Origin: Antedon mediterranea
Taxonomy: Eukaryota > Animalia > Echinodermata
Assembly: GCF_964355755.1 (NCBI RefSeq)
Contig: NC_092677.1
Location: 23,237,175-23,301,174 of the forward strand
Length of the DNA stretch: 64,000 nucleotides
Direction of reading: 5' to 3'
Both the position numbers and the translations under genes were made by a program. The notes beneath the pieces are model-generated. The model saw only the letters and a list, made by a program, of their open reading frames with translations, was not told the origin of the DNA and did not search any database. Of this stretch, positions 52,094 to 64,000 are shown piece after piece. Positions within the stretch are counted from its first letter, which is position 1. Every line of letters starts with the position of its first letter.

Positions 52094-53419
52094 GTATAAT
52101 TTTTATTAATTTGGAGGGTTTTGAAAGGAATTGTCAATCTAATGAAAAACGGAACAGAAATGGTTGAAAATGCTCATTTTACATCAAACTTATTATTTAA
52201 TTTACCTTATTAGTGACTTATGCTACCATTGATTGCACACAAAAATTCATCAATAATACAGGTACTGTAGCTAAACTGTTTACTCTGTAACTGCTTAAAT
52301 AAGATTGTCCAGTACAGTATTATATTTACAGTATTTATAACTTTTTAAAGTGGTAGGGGGTCAAGCACCTCATTACAGGATACCTATTATCTGGTAACAT
52401 ACCAGCAGTAGGCCTTACCTACCTGATCACAGAGGGATAGTGATTATTGAAATCCTCAACATGATTGTTAAAACATAATTAAAGCTGTTTCCATCCTTGT
52501 TAAATTAGGTGTCATGTAGGGTGTTAATCTGGCCTTGTAATTAGGAATTAAGGTATCATTGTACAAGTGTTAATGGTTTTAATTATGGTGGCTATTATTG
52601 CTAGAAGTAAACCTATTCAAATAAACATCACTTTTTTCTATTTCAATATTTAAAATGGTAGTTTCATAAGCTTCTTTTTTTATGCAATTTGACTTTGCAC
52701 TATTTGAAAATAAATACTCATTGTAACAACATACATTTCAAGCTCAGAAAGTGGGTGAGTACTCACTCAGCCCAGCTCGGAGGCTTTAGTCATAAATTTC
52801 AGGAGGAAAAAAAATATAACATTCTCATTTTGACTTTTTGCTTCTTGTAAAAAGTATTAAACCTTTCTGGAGTGTTACAGTTTTGGGGAGGGTGAAAATG
52901 TAAAGCAAATTCAGCTCTGTTTCCCCTTTATAACGCACACGATATCAAGTCACTGAGTTCTGTCAGTCTACCATAGGATTTTACATAAATACAGTATCGT
53001 AATTGCGATTAATAATTCTACAATTATAATTTAGGATGTTTCTTTTCTGTCATATAAAAATTGTTTTTTTAAACATTTCTTATTTAGCCCCTTTCAAGTT
53101 TCATGTTTCCATGTTGGAAAACATGTTAGATGTAGTAAAATATTGAAATGGTAAACGTTCCAGCCTATACTCATTAGTATGTACTTTTGGATTGATTCAT
53201 ATCATGTGTACTTTTAACATAAAATTAGAGATTATCCATCACTAGTAAAATTGTTTCTTTAAGTGAAGGATTACCGGCTATTTGAGTTGCTTCTAGAAAC
53301 AAGGCAAGTGTTAAGAACTTAATCCTTCTCACTTGAACAGTTTCAACAAACACTTGAAACAATACAAGTAGGAATTCTAGGTCATATATGTACCAGTTAA
53401 ACTATAGAATTAGTAATAT

Positions 53420-53810
53420 GAGTTTACGTACAACTCCAAAAGCTGAAAGCGCAGGACTATCAGATATCCAGTCAGCACATTCTAAGCATACAACACAATC
53501 CGCAATGCATTGTACGATACTTGATCTATTTACCAGTGACAAATAGTATATACAGTAGTAAAAAACACTAGATCTACAGGCAGTACAGTACAACAATAAT
53601 GAAAAGCGAAAACAGAATGTTAATTTGTATATATAAATATTTGTTGATGGATTCAAACATGTACTACAAATGGAGAGAGGCATTATATACCAATAGATAA
53701 AAGTTTTGGTCCTCTCTCCTTCATCTTTTTTTTGTGTGTGTAATGTATTATACTACTGTATATGGACAATTGTCTGAAATAAAAGTTGAATTGAATTGAA
53801 TTGAATTGAA
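53420..53810 (+). mobile_element. LINE 3' end remnant
   Basis: GGAGAGAGG...CCTCTCTCC stem-loop, then AATAAAAG and a (TTGAA)n tail. Confidence 0.5.
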
Positions 53811-55049
53811 TATCTAAATTCAATGTTGAATGATCAAACTGTTTTTTCATACTACTACTGTACATGTTGTTATTTTGAAAAACAACAAACCTAGGATGTG
53901 ATTATTAACCATGTTTTGGTCATCATGTTAGGTACTCAATATAATCTATTCTTAGCAATTGTGTATACTATTATTATCACAAGACGTTTTTCCTTTTTTT
54001 ATGAATATATTTTTTTTATCCGAGAGAAGATTGCTTATTTCTGGATGTCGGGAGTAAAAATCAATGAATAATTATCTTCTATAAAAGAATTAACAGAAGG
54101 CCAAGCTATTTGCTATAAAAAACTAAACCAAACCTCTAATAATCTTTCTCAAGGAAAGAGGATCGAGGATGACTTTTAGATCCACAACCTGGAGTCTATA
54201 CCATTGAACCACACAGTGGTTTCATAAGACAGTGGAACCAACATATATTTTGAATGTTTATATTATCAACTAGACTATAGAATAGTGGAAGTGGAATCAT
54301 CAGATCAAAATTGTCTACATAGAACTTTCTTTCTCCAAGCTATCTTGCTCCAAATAGATAAAAAGATTGATGGCACATAAGTTATTAATATGACTTTGAT
54401 GACTATTAAAAGCATAAGGAATGTAACACATTAGTATGGTTTTATTAAATAGTATTTTGGGAGTACTTTGATTGGCGTTTTCAACCCCCAACCCCCCATA
54501 AATTATCAGTATGTGACTATTGGTAGAATAATAACATAAATGCAATATGAGTGACAACTGTTCAAGGCCAAGTCTAACAGTTATGATGGATTTTGTAGCT
54601 GAAGGCGTTGTTGTCATATCACAGAAGTATGAAAACCCTATGGATTTAACACTAATTGCTGGAAATTTACAATTGCATGCCAATGGCTATTTTATACTTA
54701 ACTACTATTGCCTGAACAAAAGAATGAGGACAATAAAATGACACCATTAACTTTGAACATGCAGGTATTTTAAACTACATGATAAACGGCAAACTTTAAA
54801 ATCATTTATCAACATGATTATGATGATGAGGTTAATGACAACACAGGTGTTAATGCTAATTACAATGAAAATTCTGGAATCAGTGTGGGGGATGGACGGA
54901 AGCATGTAAATAAGAAGTTGGAGAAGATTCAGTAGGATTTCCAAAACTACTTCTACTACTACTACTAATTGTCCCATTGTGGTCTAAAAAAAATGGTCTG
55001 AAAAATTGTCACACTAGAACAAATGTTTATATATTAATTATTATATATA

Positions 55050-55208
55050 AATCCAAGGGCATTACTGAAAAAATGACAATGCTGTGGGTATCAGTGGCTG
55101 GATCTCAATGGATACAAAAAAAAAGCGAAAACCTAAATTAAAACGATAAAGTAAAACAGCCAGAAAAGTTAGCAGAGCTTTCGGGCAACACTAGCCCTTC
55201 ATCAGTAC
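55050..55208 (-). mobile_element. Short Penelope-like/retrozyme-like element, copy B
   Basis: Near-identical to copy A with the same AATCC boundary; TSD AATTATTATATATA at 55036-55049 and 55209-55222. Confidence 0.8.
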
Positions 55209-55210
55209 AA
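55169..55210 (-). ncRNA. Minimal type I hammerhead ribozyme, copy B
   Basis: GUA-CUGAUGA-A-GGGC-uaguguu-GCCC-GAAA-GCUC^-UGC; stem I is kept by a G-U wobble. Confidence 0.78.
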
Positions 55211-56198
55211 TTATTATATATATATATACATTATTATTAAACCGGGCAATTAATGTTCTTTGCCTGTTGTGTTTATATACATTATTATATATTAATTACT
55301 ATATTATATGACTTTTATTGTATTTATGCAAGTGTATCTATTAACAAACTAGTTTATCATTATGCTATTGTATATTATAAGTTGTTATAAAATGAGGAAA
55401 TAATTGAGATAGAAATTGAATAATCAATCAATCATAAGCTGCTAATCATAGTTTTAATATCACCTACATATTATTATTATATTTTCTTCCATAACACAAT
55501 TTCATTATATTATTTAAAAATCAACCAATAGTTTTAAATTGTAATATGCAACATATAATGAATGATTAATTAAATAGAAAATACATATAAAATTAAAGTG
55601 ATTTAAATCAATATGTTATACTAAATTAATATTGTATACATACCAGCAATTGAATATTATCCAATTTTCTAACATTAACAATATGCTTTGTTGATGGGCA
55701 ACTCACATTTCATGTCTGTACACAGAGAGTGCCGAAATAATAATAAGAACGTGCACTGCTAATCTGAAAATATTATCTGCTTCTTGTTGCGGAATCTACC
55801 CTTTATCAAAGAAAATAACACCTTTCCGCATTCAAATTAGAAGTGGGCTGGACAAGGCCACACTCTCCGACTGCCTTTTGGCACATTCAAAACAACTCAT
55901 ATGATCAAATGCAAGTACGTAAACAAGCGTAGTGCTAGTTAAGTTATATGCATAGTAGAACATACTGAATATCCACATTTAAAGACTGGAAACTCATTTA
56001 ATGGATCAATAAATCCCTTGCCTTAGAGCTTGCCGCAGATTTGGAACCAGCTTAGAAAGAAATCTTTGCTTGAGGTTACTCATGGATTTAATGCACACAC
56101 ACAACGACAACAATTTTCACAAATGCAACAATAACAGCAGCGGGCTTCAAAGACGCCGACTGCTAAAGCCAGTTTAGCGCAACCTTAAACTGGCGACT

Positions 56199-56206
56199 TG
56201 ACGTCA
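56199..56206. promoter_or_regulatory. Full palindromic CRE (TGACGTCA) in a candidate Dok promoter
   Basis: Consensus CREB/ATF site in a locally CpG-rich patch, upstream (minus sense) of a donor CTG|GTATGT at 55644/55643. Confidence 0.35.
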
Positions 56207-59200
56207 ATACGAGCGAGTGCACAATTTTAACCCAAGGCAGATATTAGGCTGGTTTCACATTTCTTAAAAAATAATATTATAATCAAATGAATAGCCTTTA
56301 CTTAGATACAAGTATACAAGGCCAAAGCTCCAGAAGAAACAACTTGAAAAATGATACTATTTTTATGATATGAAAACAGGTCGGCATATGTATGATTAGG
56401 ACCTCGACCTTCACACTGAGGTATAACATAATTGTTCTGTTTGTAAGACAAGCAAATCAAGTAGACTTACAGTCGGGACTTCAAACGGCAATCTTAACGC
56501 CCAAATCAACACAGATGTTACAGTCTCAGATAAGCTCTAGTGTTTGATGTAAATTATGCGTGATGCATTTTATTGAAGAAAATCTTATAATAAAATGTAT
56601 AGCTTCTGAAAAAACATTGATCATCATCAAGGGAGATTTTTAATCATTGAATTTATAAAGACTTTATGTTTACATCAAAGGATATAAGATTGATTACATG
56701 CAACTTTAAATTACTGTTACAAATTGATCATTATTTTGTACATAATATTAAGCAGGTGCTACATGTTTCTTGACTCTAGACAATAACAATTTATTCTACA
56801 GTGATGTCTTGATACCAAACAGTTTCCAAACAGTTTTCAACTCTACCCTCTAAGTGGACAAAGCTCATAGTAACCTCATAATTATGTATTACCATGGAGT
56901 AATTACATGTACCATGCTTAATTAAGTTTTGATTTTTTTTATATAATGGTGAAATGTTTCTTGTGAACTTTATTCAATCATATCGCGAATTCATAATCAT
57001 AATAATAATAATAACGTGTAGTGCACTGATTTTTACAAAAAATATTAATTATAAAATATATAAATAAATTAAAAAATATTGACTATTAATTGAATTATAC
57101 TGACAATTATTGAAATACAGAAGTTGAATAAAAAAATACTGAATAAATACACAGTTTCATTAGAGGTCTACAATCAATGGAAAAGATCAATACATTTACT
57201 ATTTTAAGTATTAAAAATAGCAGATAGTGTTTAAAAAAATTATATTGGCGCCTACAAATGAAGTAAAAGTTATATATTGATTGATTGAATCACTAAAAGC
57301 AAGGCTTTAAAATGTGATGTCCTATGTGACAATTAAAATCTATTCTTCTATTCTACTATCTATATAAATTATGCTTACATTTTAATATAACAGGCTTATA
57401 GAAATGCATGGCACGAGGGGCGGGGGGGGGGGGGGGGGTTGGAAAGAGTGGGGCTGGAATGAAATGTACTTTTATCTTGCTCAATTCAAGCTTACGTGCC
57501 GCAGCCTGCACATATAAATACTGATCCATTTTATTTGATTCCAATAAGCCTACTGTTACTACTTTACTTTTTTAAATTAACTTATAAATATACTTTTCTA
57601 TAAAAATTTATAATAAAGAAATGACAAAAGATAGTTTCGAACAACCTATTGGTTTCTGTCACTTATTAGACATCAATAAAACTAGAGGGCTCTTCTCAAA
57701 TGTTTATTCTGTGTGTTTATATCCTGCTAGAGTAAATGTTCGGTCGGTTCCTTTTTTAACAAGAGTTTGAAGTGTTTTAATTGTAAATCTTTAGAATTTA
57801 TTGGTACAAATAATTTCATGAGGTGAAATAGTAAACTCTTATGTTGGTTTATCCAGGTAAGCTAGGCACGATATAGACTAGTAAACTCTATTTGTACCTG
57901 AAGCGTTTGCAGGCATTTAGGTCTAGCCTACATTAAACGTATATTTCCTTGTGTAATATCTTTTTTCAGTCTGTAAAAGTCAAAACTTCCATAGAAGATG
58001 CTAAAAAACACTGAATCAAGTTCAGTATTTTAAGCTTTCTACGTCCGCAAAAGTTGTACCTAAAGCTTTTTCTAGCATATGGACCACATATCTGATTTAA
58101 ATGTTTACAATATTCCTTTAGTTACAATTTACAGTAATTATGAATTTTCATTTTAAATTGTGATAAATAATTGTCCTCATATCTCAAATTGTCCTTGTAT
58201 TGGATAATTTGTAAGTTTTGTATGTTTTAAGAGAGTTATTGAATAACATTTAAAAATATGCGTTAATTCATTACATGATTTGAAAAAGGAATTAAACAAT
58301 AATAATCGTTATCTTGCCATGTGTTCATGAATAAACTAAGCTATTCAAATGGACAAATAAATCATAATCAATTGATGGATTGATGAAATAAGTTTGTACG
58401 TTTGTAGGGACATGATAAACAATGATAAAACAATACAGTAAGTACTGATTACTGATTCTTTTGATAGTATCAGACATATTGCCTTAGAACATATTCATAT
58501 CGAGATAGAAACCAATCAATATAGATAGATTCTAAATGTTTTTTTGTTTTCTTTCTTTTTTTCACACTTCTATTTTGCTTTAATTTCTAGATTCATCTAA
58601 TTAATATCAAAATATTACAGTATCATTCATGAATAAACAAATAAACGTTTTGGAGCATATTAATTTCTCCAAAAATATGATGATAATGGTTAGCGGGGAT
58701 TGTTACATACAAGGCACAAACAGAAGATAGGCAATACAACGGATAAGTTATATAATCTATGTTTATTCTTCAAACAGATAAGCCAAAGATAATAAAATCA
58801 ATTAAAATGATTATAAGATAGAGGTTCTTATTAATAATATGAAATAATTATAAGACACACAATCGAAATACAAATAAATAAAACTAACAAATATAGCTGA
58901 GCCCAAGGCTAATATATGAAGCTTTATAATCCAGTTGTTCAAAACAGACAAACAGACTTGTAGATACTTCAATAGACTTTTTTAACAAGTTTAGTTTAGC
59001 TATCTCAGTATTCATAGTAGGACTGATTCATTTATTAATGTACCTGTATTTATATTCTTATACAGGATATATGGGGTGATCATTATGATCACATAAATAA
59101 CTTTAAGATGATAAAATTGGTTTTAAGATGAAATCCAAATGACATCATCTTCTTCAGGATAAAGTTCAAATAAATGTATAGTGTATAAAGAAATATGTTA

Positions 59201-59810
59201 TTTGTTTTATAAATTTATAATTTATGTTTTTGAAATTCAATTGTTTTTCGCAACTTTTAAACAAAGCCGGCAACAAAGAAAATCCAAAGTTAACCTTAAG
59301 TGCAAAAATGTAGGATTAAAAATTAATTTGCATAAATATTTAATGGTTTGGTTGATTTTTTTTTATGTTTAAAAATACATGAGTTGCATTGGCTGTGTAA
59401 AACCAGTCCAATTACTGATAATGAGGCTGGTTGTTTAGTAGCATTTTAAAACAATAAAAGGTACTTTTATCGGAAATTAGCTTCGTGTGTTAAACCGTCA
59501 AGTTTACAAGCTTTATTCCCATGAGCCTCGGAATGTGTACAACATATAAATTGTAAGATTTCAAAGATTAATTGATTAATGAGATTATACTTGACGAATT
59601 TTAAAGTGTTGCTAACACACTTTGTATGGACAAAGATCGATTATATATTGCTTAAATGCATGTTAAATAAAACCATTACAGGCTAGTGCATTAAAGCCCT
59701 AAAGATTCTGCATTTTACTCTTCTCTGGCTAGTGAAAACCATTGCAAAATAAAACATCATTTCTGGTTTGAGAATCACTGGTAGTATTCACCAATCACAC
59801 GTAGGCTTAA

Positions 59811-59997
59811 GCTTTGTCTACACTATCAAACCATGGAGGTCAAACATAAATAAATAATTTTTTACCTCCATGATCAAACTTTATGTGACGAAAAAAATAT
59901 GATGTGCCCATATATGGACATGATGACATCATATCACTACCATATTTGGGCATGTCGCACTTATTTTATCAAACTAGTTTGATATTGTAGACAGAGC
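59811..59997. mobile_element. Harbinger-type MITE with TAA TSD
   Basis: TAA|GCTTTGTCTACACTATCAAAC ... GTTTGATATTGTAGACAGAGC|TAA. Confidence 0.82.
59832..59872. mobile_element. 41-bp nested mini-element with CATG termini and 7-bp TSD
   Basis: ATCAAAC|CATGGAGGT...ACCTCCATG|ATCAAAC. Confidence 0.7.
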
Positions 59998-61258
59998 TAA
60001 AAGGATCTCTCCTATCCTTAATGAATACTACTAAGTCAAAAAACTGTTTGTAAATTAATTATAAGGTTTAGAATGCTTTTACATAACATTCGGAATAATC
60101 TTTACACCAAAAATATAGTTCCGTCCAGTCAGTAGTGCTCAAATCTAATGCACTGCCTTATTTCATGTCATGCTTTCACCAAAAGAGTCCCTTATTAAAA
60201 TAGTTTTAAAAGAATCCACAGGTTTAAATTAACTAAAAACCTAATAAGATATTGCTTTGCACAGTTTTATTTTACCAGATTTTTGGGAAAGTGATGATAG
60301 GTCAACTTCTCTAAATGCTAAGCCTTGGAGTTAGTTTTAATTAAATTATGTCATTAATTATTCATTATAAAATGATAAATCATTCACTAAAGGTTATCTT
60401 TAATCAGATTCAAGTTCATTATAAGGTAGTTAGTGTTCAGAATGCTTTATTATCTACTGAATAATTATTTAATTTAAGCACAAGGGATGTGTTGATTGTA
60501 GCACAATTGAATTGTATGATACTTTGGCATACCTAAAGTAGTGAAATGAGTACTGTATACAAAACAACTTTTCCAGAATCAGAAAAGGGTCGCTGCACAT
60601 TTTACTTTTTTACAATTGACCAGTGAAGTGCTATTTCCAAGCTATATTATTCTCAAAAGTCAATATTTTCAATTTCAAGTCTCTCCACCAAATTGTAAAT
60701 CCCCACAGTTATCCATTTCCAGTTTTACTCATTGATATATTATACTAGATCGTCAACTGTAGAGACAGGAAGTGATTCCAACAGGAGAGGGGGAATCTGA
60801 AGATGGCTGCCATAGTTCAAATATTATTTTTAGCATAGAAAAATAAAAATAGAACAACATATTTTTGTTAAAGCACAGTCAAAATAAGTAGGCTATATTG
60901 TTAATCACAGTGAATGCTTATTATAGCTAGTTTATTATGGAAAAGATATTGTAAACATTTAAAAACATTCAATGTTATCAGATAATTGGGCCACTAAATC
61001 TATATAGAAATAAATATATAAGAAAGAAATAATAAGAAAATAAAGATTTTTTACAAAAGCAATAGGTGATCTTTTTAGATCACCAAAATATGCTGTGGTT
61101 AATGGCCACTTTGAATGTCCATATATTATACGATTGTAGTAAAGTAGAAAGATTTACCTATTCAGGCTGTTTACAAGCACTTTGATCAATGACTTGCAGT
61201 ATAATAAGCTAGACAAATTACCCTATAAATTGCCTACATCTTAACAAACGTGATCTGA

Positions 61259-62080
61259 GGCCCTGTTTCTGCTGCCAACTAAATACCGTATATTATACGG
61301 TATTTTTTTAATACCGTATATATACGGTATATTTTTGGCAGCAGAAACTGCGCTCATAAAAAATATACCGTATTTTGTATACCGTATTTTCCCCACAAAA
61401 TTTGTGGATAAAATACGGTATTTACAAATTTATACCGTATTTTTTGTACCCGTTTCTGCTGCCAATAAAAAATACCGTATTTTTTTTTACATGACAAAAG
61501 GTCACCATTCGTGTTTTTATTTTCTGTCGCTGTTAGCTGCTTTACACACATGTATAGATATATTCGGCGAAAATGTGGAGCGAATACGTCACAGTTTTAC
61601 TAAATAAATGTGTGTGGGGAAGCTAAAATGTCTGACCAACTAAAAGGTAATAAAAGGGACAACCACATTTATAAAGACATTTCTAACAAAATAAAGCAGG
61701 AGTATGGAATAAACTTGTCTCCAAAGCAAGTAAACTCAAAGCTGAAGAGCCTGCGAAAGCAGTACAACATTGCAAAATACAATAACTCGGGGAGGGAACG
61801 AATTAATTGTCCCCATTACGATGTTTTCTGTGCTCTCACAACATCTCTATCACTAGGGCTAGGCTGTTGAAAGTGAGACGTAAAACTTCCTTTATTGCGA
61901 CTTTTAATTATCGATCAAATAAATGAATGGCAATTTGGGTAAAAAAGATGAAATTTAACACGACCACCCAAGAAGTATTGTTAGCAGAAACGGGGTACTA
62001 AAAAATACGGTATAAAAAATACCGTATTTTATACCGTATTTTTATACCGTATTTTGAGCAGTTGCAGCAGAAACAGGCCC
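61259..62080 (+). mobile_element. Non-autonomous PIF/Harbinger element with Myb/SANT-like remnant
   Basis: TGA|GGCCCTGTTTCTGCTGCC ... GCAGCAGAAACAGGCCC|TAA; ATACCGTAT arrays. Confidence 0.87.
61575..61830 (+). pseudogene. Myb/SANT-like (trihelix, Myb_DNA-bind_4-type) DNA-binding protein remnant
   Basis: WSEYVTVLL (frameshift) GEAKMSDQLKGNKRDNHIYKDISNKIKQEYGINLSPKQVNSKLKSLRKQYNIAKYNNSGRERINCPHYD. Confidence 0.75.
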
Positions 62081-62895
62081 TAAGAGTTAAACAAAAAAGA
62101 ACAAATGAGTACATCTGAAGGTAAGTAATTAAACAAGCATTTGGATAAAGAAATTCCTTCACAATAATCAATAGAAAATGATAAACCTTATATAAAGGTA
62201 AATCTACTATTCTAAATGTTTTCTTGTCCTTTTTATCTTCTTTTAATTGCACGATTGTGTTGTATAAACAAGTCTGAGTCCAGTGTTATTGAAATTCAGA
62301 AATTTGATTTAGTCTATAAACAAGTTACTACTGTATATATAGTCTATGATAGGTAATTTTTCAGCATAATAACTGCAAAGCATCTTTTGTGTTAAGAATT
62401 GTACTGCTAAGCACGATTTTATAGGCAGGCATTGAAGACAAAATAAAAAACAGCCACTCTGTGTGAAGAACAACCAAATAGTGGACAATTAACCCAGACA
62501 GAATAAATATCTAACATATACAAGAAATATTATGTTACTGTTGTGGAAACTGTATGAGAGTGTCATTCCTATTTTAAAATCCTGCGTAAGATTAAAGACC
62601 ATGCCTGCTATTCTTTTGCCTCTTTAAACAATTGCAATTTCAACCAGGGCTCTTGTGATGACTTGACTTATAATTAAATGTTTTTCTAATTTTGTGTATT
62701 TATTTTTTTTTTTCAAATTTAACACCTCTAAATATGCTACAAAAATGTGTTTTTTCTAAGTTTCAATGAATATTAATATGAATAAAGGAATTTGGTTGAT
62801 TGATAATGTAATCATGTGTAAATGTTTTTTTTAGAGGCCTTAATAATTATACTATACTTGTTTGTTGTATGGGTTTAGTTGTGGAAACTCACATA

Positions 62896-63735
62896 CCGTA
62901 AAACCTTGAAAAGAAGCCCATGGGCTTCTTCTTTTTTTAGTGCTCTTTGGTGGGCTTCTTTTCGAGATGGGCTTCCTTTCGAGAGTACTTGTTCAAACTG
63001 TAGAGGGGGCTTCTTTTCGAAATGAATGCTGTAAATTTTGTGAATTTCTACTACAATAATATGACTTTTGAGACATATTATGTTTAATATCCTAATTAAA
63101 AAACAATATAAAAAGCAAAAAACAGTCCTATGATTCACCGTTAAATACAATCATTTCGTTATCATCGTCGTCATCATCCATAATGGAATATTCAAGAGTG
63201 TCGTCTGTCGATGATGGCATCTCATATCCAACCAACCCTTCGACGTTTACTTCTTTGTTTTCAATGAACCATCAAGGGCTACATTTATCCCACACTTTCT
63301 GAACAACCCAATTTGCAGCAATGGATTTGTGTTCATCATGGACCAGGCATTGCCAAACCACTTTGTTATAAGAATTCGCCTATCCCTTGCGCAATCTTAC
63401 CCATCACATAATCATCGAGGTTATCATTGATATGTTTTTCAAACTCTTTTTTTTATCGCATTCTTAAATGGCTTGTTGAATACAACATCGAGGGGCTGTA
63501 CTCTGCTGGTACAACCAGGGGGTACATTGACCAACACATTGTGTTTGGAAGCCAAAAGCTCCTTAACTGTGTCTCTTTGCTGTGCTTTATATACATCTGT
63601 TAATCTATCTCGAAAAGAAGCCCATACTATCTTGAAAAGAAGCCCAGGGGGGCTTCATTTCGAGATGGGCTTTTTTCGAGAGTACTTTTGCCAACTGTAG
63701 AGGGGGGCTTCTTTTCGAGATGGGCTTCCTTTCGA
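62896..63735 (-). mobile_element. pogo/Tigger-type DNA transposon derivative
   Basis: TA|CCGTAAAACC left end; GGGCTTCTTTTCGAG subterminal arrays at both sides; internal DDE fragment; right TIR not recognisable. Confidence 0.8.
63150..63597 (-). pseudogene. pogo-family DDE transposase C-terminal fragment, frameshifted
   Basis: DVYKAQ...VKELL...NVPPGCTSRVQPLDVVFNKPFKNAIK...RILITKWFGNAW...FRKCGINVALDGS, then an acidic tail. Confidence 0.85.
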
Positions 63736-64000
63736 CTCAATTTTTGCATTACAATACAAAATTAGGGTCAGCTCCCCCTACCTCCTTCCACCCGTCAATA
63801 AAACCCCTGATCGTCCTATTTTTAAACTTACAACATCGATTATATTTCAAAAATATAAAATCTACATGAATCACATGCATTAGTACACCATGATATGTTT
63901 GATATTGACAGATCCAAATTACAAAAATCATCATTATTCAAATTTAACCTGGAAAATTGTTGGCCCAGTGGTGATATGTTATCTGTGCACTACTACACTT

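Noticed and set aside
60766-60815. ETS + YY1-like motifs as a promoter
   Set aside because: No linked exon or CpG-rich region could be identified; short motifs alone are insufficient.

Overview
AT-rich animal genomic DNA with GT-AG introns. It is probably from an invertebrate deuterostome such as an echinoderm (inference from Deu-domain SINEs and DOK gene structure). Two convergent spliced genes were reconstructed by hand with phase-consistent splice sites. (1) On +, the 3' part of a transmembrane mucin-like gene: Thr-rich 14-aa repeats, a SEA domain with an FSEG/SII autoproteolysis motif, one EGF, a TM helix and a Tyr-containing tail (7 exons, 1..6101). (2) On -, a complete DOK4/5/6-type docking protein gene (PH + IRS-type PTB; 8 coding exons, 44738..11374, 481 aa) with at least one non-coding 5' exon further right. 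The rest is intron or intergenic DNA rich in repeats. These include three copies of a short Penelope-like retroelement carrying a minimal hammerhead ribozyme (two intact cores, sense to the Dok transcript, on either side of its ATG exon) and two Harbinger derivatives with Myb/SANT remnants and ATAC-N-GTAT arrays. Also present are a pogo remnant, Kolobok/hAT/Harbinger/P-like MITEs, a Helentron-type HINE, Deu-domain and other tRNA SINEs, Rex1 and CR1/L2 LINE 3' ends, and a 126-bp satellite with a 373-bp higher-order period. No rRNA, true tRNA or CRISPR was seen. All coordinates and counts were read by hand and no database search was run.
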